A stretch of DNA of 32,000 bases. It comes from Novosphingobium rosa NBRC 15208. GTDB lineage: Bacteria > Pseudomonadota > Alphaproteobacteria > Sphingomonadales > Sphingomonadaceae. Positions 16,808 to 22,930 of the stretch are shown one piece after another; the stretch's first letter is position 1, and the number at the start of each line of letters is the position of its first letter. The stretch is from assembly GCF_001598555.1 (NCBI RefSeq), contig NZ_BCZE01000001.1, positions 167,980 to 199,979 of the forward strand, given 5' to 3'. The notes below the pieces were generated by a model. It was not told where the DNA came from, made no database searches, and worked only from the letters and a program-made list of their open reading frames with translations. The position numbers and the translations under genes were made by a program.

Positions 16808-17503
16808 TTACCCCCGCGCCAGTCCAAAAGTCCGAGACGCCGGCGCGATGGGCCCCTGCTTTTCGAGCAACACCGCCGATCCCTCCCCCGTCTTGTAGAA
16901 ACCCTCGTCAAACGCCGCGATTCCCAGGGCCTTGAGATAGGTCTCCAACAGCGGCCCGGTGAAACGCTTCTTGATCGACCTTTCGGAATAACGCGCCACA
17001 TCCTCGAAAGGCTGGACTTCGCCATCGGCCGAAAAGGCCCATTTGCTGCCATCGAAGGAGGCCGAGACCGCACGCAGGATGTTCAGGAAATCGGTCTTGT
17101 GGGGCGCGAAGATTTCCATCACCGTCGCGGGCAGGCGATCACCGCCCCCCTCCTCCGGCACATAGGTCATGCGCAAGGCATCGCAGGCAAGCACTTCGGC
17201 AAGATGAGACACAGCCGAAAAGGCATCCGTTCCCTCATGGCCATTGTCCCAAAAGGTCACCCATTCCGAATGGGTTGGCACGAAGAGGTAGCGGCGGCGC
17301 TCCACGCTGGTCAGGGGCAGCAAGGCCTGCAAGACCTCGCCCAGATCGCCCTGCGGGCGGGATTCCACCAGGGTCACCCCCCGCTTGGCCTGAATTCCTC
17401 CCTGCCAATCGAGGAAAGCGCGGGTGGCCCGCGCCGCATCGCAGCGCAAAAAGCCGATGGTATCGGTGATGGGCGCCAAATTTCCAGAGAAGAGTTCCTG
17501 CAT
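16808..17503 (-). CDS. Hypothetical cytoplasmic protein (231 aa); candidate cognate immunity protein of the Rhs toxin
   Basis: ATG 17503 lies 1 nt after the Rhs stop (17505-17507). No signal peptide or TM segment. No family recognised. Position is typical of rhs immunity genes. Confidence 0.6.
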   Translation of the reverse strand: MQELFSGNLAPITDTIGFLRCDAARATRAFLDWQGGIQAKRGVTLVESRPQGDLGEVLQALLPLTSVERRRYLFVPTHSEWVTFWDNGHEGTDAFSAVSHLAEVLACDALRMTYVPEEGGGDRLPATVMEIFAPHKTDFLNILRAVSASFDGSKWAFSADGEVQPFEDVARYSERSIKKRFTGPLLETYLKALGIAAFDEGFYKTGEGSAVLLEKQGPIAPASRTFGLARG

Positions 17504-17504
17504 C

Positions 17505-20500
17505 TTACCTTACCGTTTTGAGAATCACATGGCCGTCCGGATCGTTGGACTTCAGCCGCACTTCATGGCCCGGCCCGCGTGTCGAACTGGGCGTATCATA
17601 TTCGACATAAACCCTTTTGCCGTTTGCGTCAGTATATTGCAGGTCCGGGCGATTGACACCCACGCGCTCGCCGGCGGCATTGACCTGCTGCTGGTTGACG
17701 CGGAAATCGGTGGCGCCCTCGGCACGCGCTGCGGCAATATCGGCCTGCATCGCCGCGTTCTGCGTCGGGCTCTGGCCGATCGGCCGCCTCAACGACAAAG
17801 CGGCAGGCGGCTTGGGATTGACCGCAATATCCTGCGGCAATCGCGCGGGCGGCGGCGTGGTAAAACGCGATGCGATCAACTTGCCCGCAGGGCCCGCCAC
17901 CAGCCCCATCCCGGTGGCGATGCCCGCTTCCTTCCAGCTCCAGGGGCGATCCTTGCCCATCAGATTGTCGATGCCCCAATCGGCGACATAGCTGGCAAAG
18001 CCGCTGACCGCGCCCACCCCGGCATAAATCGCATAACCGGCAGCGGCAGGCACGAAGAGGAATGGAACCGAGGCCAGCGCGCCAACCAGCGCGCCCTTGG
18101 CGGCGGCGGCCAGAATGCAGGTGAAGCAGAACTCCTTCTGGGTCAGCGCTTCATTCAGGCCAAAGCCCACGGCGCCTGCCGCCGCCCCCGCCGCCAGCAG
18201 AACGAGCGCCGGGGCCGCGATCGGCGCCAGCAGCACGCCCACCGCCACCCCCACGGCAATCGCCGCCACCGCAGAAAGCGCCTGCTGCCACCACAGCCCC
18301 AGCGGGTCGGCGCGATTGAGCGGATCATTGCCGACATAGGCATAGAGGTTGATCCCCCCCGCCACCCCCATGGGATCGCGGCTGAGATAACGCCCCAGCG
18401 CCGGGTCATACATGCGATGGCGATTGTAATGCAGCCCGGTTTCGGCATCGTGATAATGCCCCGGCAGGCGCAACGGCTGATGCCTGCCACCCACCAGAAC
18501 CTGCAGAGCCCCGAAAGCCGAACGCTCGGCCTCCCAGATCACCCGGCCCTGAGCATCGGTCAGGCGGGTCGGCGTACCGATCGGGTCGACATGATAATGG
18601 CAGATGCCCGCAGCATCGCGCTGGAACAGCGGCATGTGGCTGTCCGGCCACCAGGCATAATCGCGGACCTGCCCGGTCGCGCCCGGCTGCCAGCCATCCG
18701 CGCCGGTCTCGATCTCGCGGATCAGCTGCTCGCCCGCCCAGATAAAATGGGTGACGCGCGTGGTGACGCTGCTCTCCACCGTCTTGCGAATACGGCGGCC
18801 CAACGGATCATAGGCGAAGCGGACCACCAGCCCCCGGCCATCCTCCGCGCGGATCAGACGATCGAAGCCATCCCATGCATAGCGCCAATGTACGGCCCCG
18901 CTGCGCTCCACCAGATTGCCGCGCGGATCATAGACGAAATGCTCGGAGCCCTGCGCCACCATCTGGTTCAGCGCATTGAAACGCGCCTCTCCGGCAGGCC
19001 CGGCGATGCGGTTGCCCGCGCCATCATAGGCGAAAGCCTCGCGCGCGCCATCGCCGCGCCGGAGCGCCAGCACCTGCCCCCCGGCATCGTAATCGACCCG
19101 CAGCGCGCCGAGCCGACTGTCCTCGCGCGCCACCAGCCGGTCCTCGGCGTCATAGGCATAGCTTTGTTGGAACGCGGCGCCCTCCGGCGTTTCCAGACGG
19201 CGCCCCGTGGGCAGGCCGACCTGATCCTGCCATGTCGTGGCCACCAGCCCGCCGGGGGAGAGCATCCGCCACCCCGCCTCGTCGGGAGCATAGTCGATGG
19301 CGTGGCGCGCGCCGCTCCAGTCGGTGATGGCGCAGAGGCGCTGATCGGCATCGCGCGCGTAACGCATGGCGCTGCCATCGGGCCAGACGAGGCCAACAAG
19401 CACACCCGCGTCGTCATAGTCATAACGAATGGCCTGATCGCCCAGACGCTGATCGGTCCGCCGTTCCTCGATCAGGCGGCCCTGCGCATCGTAGCGCCAG
19501 GCAAGGTCGATCTCGGCATTGCGCGCCGCCACCAGAAGCCCGCGCGCATCGTAGGTGAAGCTGGCCAAGGCGCCGCCAGCGGCCATCCGGGTAACCTGCC
19601 CCGCCTCATTGCGGCTGAGATCGATCCGCAAGCCATCGGCGCGGATCAGCTGCTGAAGCGCCCCGGCGGGATCGAAGCTGTAGCTTTCGCGCGAGCCATC
19701 GGCATGGGTCTGACCCTCGGGCCTCTGGCCGACGCCATAATGAAAGCGTGTGCTGTTGCCATTGCCGTCGCTGATGGCGGCCAGCGCGTCACCCTGATAG
19801 TCGAAGCGTTCGATCCGCCCCAGCCTGTCGCGCTGGGCGGTGACAAAGCGCCCTTGGGGATCGCGTGCGGAGAGAGCGCCCTCGTCGCGATAGGCCATGC
19901 CACGGAATGTCCCATCGGGAAAATCCATGCGCTCCAGCCGGTTGATGATATCGTGCCGGGCCCGAAACCGTTCACGCCCGCCGCGCGAGACAGAGGCGAT
20001 GTTGCCGCGCCGGTCATAGGCCAGATCAAGCGCCAGCCCCGATGGCATGCGCAAGGCAGCCAGCTTTCCGGAATCACCATGAGCCATATGCCACTGCCGA
20101 CCCAGCGCGCTGGTGACACAGGCAAGCTGTCCGTCGCCACCAAAACTCATGCGCGTGGCGCCGCCGCCGGGGCTGTCGATCAGCAGATCGTCGGACTGCG
20201 GGTCTCGCCGGGGGGGATGGGGCAGGCCCGCAAAACTTTCCGCCAGTCGGTCGCTGCCCGCGCGCCGCCGAAAGGCCGCGATATGGGCCCGGCTCATGCG
20301 TTGGCGCGCGCCCACCGGCAGGCGCGGCGGCAGGCGCAGGATCTCAGGCGCGCGATAGGCCATATGGCCATTACCCGCGCCATCGACGGTGAGGAAGGCC
20401 TGCACCGGGCCAAAGAAAGCGTTCAGCTCATCCACCGTCGAGCTGCGCAGATAGGCGGGCAGCAGGCGCGGGTCGTGAAAGCGAAAGATCCAGTCCTCGC

Positions 20501-20870
20501 CCTCTGGCGAAGAGACCTTGATAAAGCGCCGCAACTGGCGATGCACCGCCTTGAAACCGGCGCTGGAGAGCAGGAAATAGCCCCATGGCTGGCCGTCGAA
20601 ACGGCGCGCGATGTCTTGCGCCATCCCTGCATCGACATGCAGCAGATAAGGCGCCTTGTCGCGATAGGCGGTCGCCGCCCAGCCCTGATAAAGGCAGGCT
20701 CCGCGCCCCGGCCCCGCCGCTTCCGCCAGGCCCGGCACATCGGGCGAAACGCAGCCGTCGATCAGCGCATAAAGCTGCCCCGCCGCCGCCCATCCGGCAA
20801 CCGACTGCGCCCGCACCGGCGCGAAGAGCACCGGTGATGCGTGGTCGGCAGGGGGCGGCGTCTCGGCCAT
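17505..20870 (-). CDS. Rhs-family T6SS effector with N-terminal DUF4123-like adaptor domain and polymorphic C-terminal toxin
   Basis: ATG 20870 with GGGAGA RBS. Residues ~30-165 match DUF4123 hallmarks (LYALIDG..., APYLLHV, WIFRFHDPRLLPAYL, FFGPV). Residues ~280-859 are YD repeats (YDRRGN, FDYQGD, FTYDARG, YDAQGR, YDYDDAG, YAYDAEDR, VDYDAGG, FAYDGAGN, VYDPRGN, FAYDPLGR). The canonical Rhs core end is HYNRHRMYDPALGRYLSRDPMGVAGGINLYAYVGNDPLNRADPLGL. A 262-aa variable tail follows. Confidence 0.9.
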   Translation of the reverse strand: MAETPPPADHASPVLFAPVRAQSVAGWAAAGQLYALIDGCVSPDVPGLAEAAGPGRGACLYQGWAATAYRDKAPYLLHVDAGMAQDIARRFDGQPWGYFLLSSAGFKAVHRQLRRFIKVSSPEGEDWIFRFHDPRLLPAYLRSSTVDELNAFFGPVQAFLTVDGAGNGHMAYRAPEILRLPPRLPVGARQRMSRAHIAAFRRRAGSDRLAESFAGLPHPPRRDPQSDDLLIDSPGGGATRMSFGGDGQLACVTSALGRQWHMAHGDSGKLAALRMPSGLALDLAYDRRGNIASVSRGGRERFRARHDIINRLERMDFPDGTFRGMAYRDEGALSARDPQGRFVTAQRDRLGRIERFDYQGDALAAISDGNGNSTRFHYGVGQRPEGQTHADGSRESYSFDPAGALQQLIRADGLRIDLSRNEAGQVTRMAAGGALASFTYDARGLLVAARNAEIDLAWRYDAQGRLIEERRTDQRLGDQAIRYDYDDAGVLVGLVWPDGSAMRYARDADQRLCAITDWSGARHAIDYAPDEAGWRMLSPGGLVATTWQDQVGLPTGRRLETPEGAAFQQSYAYDAEDRLVAREDSRLGALRVDYDAGGQVLALRRGDGAREAFAYDGAGNRIAGPAGEARFNALNQMVAQGSEHFVYDPRGNLVERSGAVHWRYAWDGFDRLIRAEDGRGLVVRFAYDPLGRRIRKTVESSVTTRVTHFIWAGEQLIREIETGADGWQPGATGQVRDYAWWPDSHMPLFQRDAAGICHYHVDPIGTPTRLTDAQGRVIWEAERSAFGALQVLVGGRHQPLRLPGHYHDAETGLHYNRHRMYDPALGRYLSRDPMGVAGGINLYAYVGNDPLNRADPLGLWWQQALSAVAAIAVGVAVGVLLAPIAAPALVLLAAGAAAGAVGFGLNEALTQKEFCFTCILAAAAKGALVGALASVPFLFVPAAAGYAIYAGVGAVSGFASYVADWGIDNLMGKDRPWSWKEAGIATGMGLVAGPAGKLIASRFTTPPPARLPQDIAVNPKPPAALSLRRPIGQSPTQNAAMQADIAAARAEGATDFRVNQQQVNAAGERVGVNRPDLQYTDANGKRVYVEYDTPSSTRGPGHEVRLKSNDPDGHVILKTVR
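17508..18293 (-). other. Rhs C-terminal toxin region: glycine-zipper/TM-rich segment plus unclassified ~80-aa terminal domain
   Basis: Residues 860-1121. Hydrophobic G/A-rich stretch WWQQALSAVAAIAVGVAVGVLLAPIAAPALVLLAAGAAAGAVGFGL...GIATGMGLVAGPAGKLIA. Pro-rich linker TTPPPARLPQDIAVNPKPPA. Terminal domain ATDFRVNQQQVNAAGERVGVNRPDLQYTDANGKRVYVEYDTPSSTRGPGHEVRLKSNDPDGHVILKTVR. Confidence 0.7.
18294..20033 (-). other. YD/RHS-repeat shell region ending at the DPLGL autoproteolysis motif
   Basis: Residues ~280-859. DPLGL is at residues 855-859 by my count, so the last shell codon ends at nt 18294. Confidence 0.8.
20376..20783 (-). other. DUF4123-like (Tap/Tec T6SS adaptor) domain encoded in cis at the Rhs N-terminus
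   Basis: Residues ~30-165 of the 1121-aa product; motifs as listed for the CDS. Boundaries are approximate. Confidence 0.6.
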
Positions 20871-20879
20871 CGGTCTCCC

Positions 20880-21212
20880 TTATACCGCCACGAAGGGCGC
20901 GCCGCTGGCATAGGCGCGATCGAGCGTGGTGCGACGTGGCGGAGCGCCATCGCCGATCAGCACGGTCACCGCGCCGCTCGCCAGCGTGCCGCCATGGCAG
21001 GAGGTGTCGCCGATGCGGGCGGCCTCATTGTTGCCGATCTTGACTGTCGGGCAGCCCGCCTCGATCTGGGCCTTGCTGCCGCAATCGAGCTGGTCGCCCT
21101 TGCGCGCGGCAGGCTGGCCCATGATCAGCACGGTCGGCTCGCCCGAGACGATGGTCGCCACATTCTTTTGCGGGCAGCTTTCCTGATCGCTTATGCGTGC
21201 GGCGGGCGGCAT
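20880..21212 (-). CDS. PAAR-domain protein (T6SS spike tip), stand-alone, 110 aa
   Basis: Three PAAR-type motifs: MPPAARISD, GQPAARKGD, NEAARIGD. GAVTVLIG end strand, then a ~25-aa C-terminal extension. ATG 21212 with GAGGGAG RBS. Stop lies 9 nt before the Rhs ATG. Confidence 0.9.
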   Translation of the reverse strand: MPPAARISDQESCPQKNVATIVSGEPTVLIMGQPAARKGDQLDCGSKAQIEAGCPTVKIGNNEAARIGDTSCHGGTLASGAVTVLIGDGAPPRRTTLDRAYASGAPFVAV

Positions 21213-21227
21213 GGCGGCATCTCCCTC

Positions 21228-22079
21228 TCAATGCCCATCGGCGGACCAATGCGGCGGATCGGTGGCCAACTTGCGCACCCCATAGGTCGCGCCGACCCGG
21301 TGCAGATCGCCATTGCTGCTGCCCGAGCGCGGGTGGTCGATCCACACGGTCTTGCCCGAGGCATCGGTGACCGTGATAGCCTGATCCCAGCTGATCGTCA
21401 TATCGATGGCCGTCCCATCGATATGGTTCGAGGTGAGCGAGGGCTTGAACCGTATATGGAACAGATTGACCATCGCCTGCGCCGCCTTGCGCGAGGCGCG
21501 CGCATCGCCATGATCCCAGTGAATATCCACCTCCTTGTTCTCGGGCACGGCATCGGGCTTGATCTGGCCATGGGCGACCATCCAGGCGTAATGCATCAGC
21601 CATGCGCGGTTTCGGTTGCGCCGCGTGGAGCTGACCCGCACCGAGGCCGAGGCGCGCCTGAGCATGGCCACGAAACTGTCGACCTGCACCGCGAAGCCGG
21701 GCGCCAGATCGCTGATCCTGTCGCTGTTGGGAAAACGCGCCTGATTGGCGCGAAACCATGCCGCGCCGCTGAGGTTGCGCTGCACCGCCTGCGCCGCCAG
21801 CCTCTCACGCAGCAACGTGGAGGGCGAACTGTCGGACAGGCGGCTGACCATCGCGCCGCCCGGATCGATCCGCCCGCCCGAGGGCATACCCATCACGAAG
21901 GACTGATAACGGCCGATGGCGGTCATGGTTGGTTCGTCCATCATGCCATCGGAGCGCAGCACGCCGAGGCCCAGATCGCCCACGCGTGTGTTGAGGCCCT
22001 GCTGGATGGCCGCGACATCCTCCCGCGCATTGACGCCACCACGACCGACAGAAGAGGCGAGAGTGATGTCGGGCATCAT
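21228..22079 (-). CDS. LAS/M15-type zinc peptidase (VanY-like) with N-terminal peptidoglycan-binding domain, no signal peptide; candidate T6SS cell-wall effector
   Basis: N-terminus GRGGVNAREDVAAIQQGLNTRVGDLGLGVLRSDGMMDEPTMTAIGRYQ resembles PG_binding_1. Exact SxHxxGxAxD motif SNHIDGTAID (nt 21402-21431). Upstream SSTRRNRNRAW and downstream DPPHWSADGH fit M15 Zn-ligand/catalytic positions. GGAGG RBS. ATGA overlap with the upstream gene. Confidence 0.75.
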   Translation of the reverse strand: MMPDITLASSVGRGGVNAREDVAAIQQGLNTRVGDLGLGVLRSDGMMDEPTMTAIGRYQSFVMGMPSGGRIDPGGAMVSRLSDSSPSTLLRERLAAQAVQRNLSGAAWFRANQARFPNSDRISDLAPGFAVQVDSFVAMLRRASASVRVSSTRRNRNRAWLMHYAWMVAHGQIKPDAVPENKEVDIHWDHGDARASRKAAQAMVNLFHIRFKPSLTSNHIDGTAIDMTISWDQAITVTDASGKTVWIDHPRSGSSNGDLHRVGATYGVRKLATDPPHWSADGH

Positions 22080-22393
22080 TCGGCCTCCGTGTCGTAGCGC
22101 GCCAGCACAGCCATGATCCTGGGTTGCCCGGCATGGGCTTTTTTGAGTCGCACCAGCTGCGTATCGGTGCCGCTGCAGTCGCGCTTGACCTGCTGTTCAA
22201 GCTGCCGGGCGCGGGCACCATCATAGGGCTCCTCGCCCCTTGCGTGGTCGCAGCTTTCGCGGCGGGTTATGAAGGCTTGCACGTCAGCAGGCATGGCCGC
22301 GCCCTGAGGTGAGGCCGCCAAGGCCCCGCCGGCATGGCAGGCCAGCAGCGCGACGGGCAGCGCCCATCCTGTCTTGTGGCGGAGAGCACTCAT
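22076..22393 (-). CDS. Small exported protein, possible lipoprotein (105 aa); candidate immunity for the M15-like effector
   Basis: Signal sequence MSALRHKTGWALPVALLAC with a lipobox-like LLAC. The mature part has two further Cys (RRESCDHARGEEPYD...KRDCSG). Its stop overlaps the effector ATG (ATGA). Confidence 0.55.
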   Translation of the reverse strand: MSALRHKTGWALPVALLACHAGGALAASPQGAAMPADVQAFITRRESCDHARGEEPYDGARARQLEQQVKRDCSGTDTQLVRLKKAHAGQPRIMAVLARYDTEAE

Positions 22394-22398
22394 TCGAT

Positions 22399-22902
22399 CT
22401 ACATATCCAGAACTTTAGCCTGCTTTTCGTAGAAAGCGGCTGAAGTAGCGTTGCCCTGCGCCTTGTAACGCCGGCTGACAGCCTTGGCGGCAAGGGTGGC
22501 GATCTGGAAGGCATGGTCACGCTCGTCAAAGGTAACCTCGCCCTGCCCGACATCGCCGTTCACAAAGCGCCCGACCATAAAACCGCCGGTGTTGGCGCGG
22601 GCGCTGGCGAAATCGATCACCCCCATGGTGGGGATGCCAGCGCGGAACTCGCCATAAAAGGCCTCGCCGCTGGTCTGACCGTCCCGCCGCCGCAGCATGC
22701 CCAGCCCAGAGGCCTTGCCGCCGGGGCAATCGCCGGTCCAATACGTCGGACCGGCGGGCAAGGAGAGAGGCGCCACAAAGCGGCACCAGGAGACAGGGTC
22801 ATGCGACCAGACCAGCGCAGCGGCTGGAGCCTGCGCACGCAGCGCGGCGGCGCCGCCAACACAGGCGGCAGCCAGCGCAAGGTGGAGGCAGGCGCCTCTC
22901 AT
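22399..22902 (-). CDS. Secreted MORN-repeat-like protein (167 aa), function unknown
   Basis: ATG 22902 gives signal peptide MRGACLHLALAAACVGGAAALRAQA. YWTGDCPGGKASGLGMLRRRDGQTSGEAFYGEFRAGIPTMGV resembles MORN repeats. The longer ORF to 23121 would overlap clpV. Confidence 0.55.
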   Translation of the reverse strand: MRGACLHLALAAACVGGAAALRAQAPAAALVWSHDPVSWCRFVAPLSLPAGPTYWTGDCPGGKASGLGMLRRRDGQTSGEAFYGEFRAGIPTMGVIDFASARANTGGFMVGRFVNGDVGQGEVTFDERDHAFQIATLAAKAVSRRYKAQGNATSAAFYEKQAKVLDM

Positions 22903-22930
22903 CACCACGGTTTTTCCCCGGCCATGCCGC

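Noticed and set aside
17424-20837. 1137-aa ORF on the plus strand, antisense to the Rhs gene
   Set aside because: It is a shadow ORF typical of high-GC DNA. The product is R/A/G/P/H-rich low-complexity sequence with no motifs. The opposite strand encodes an unmistakable YD-repeat/Rhs protein with an RBS and coupled neighbours.
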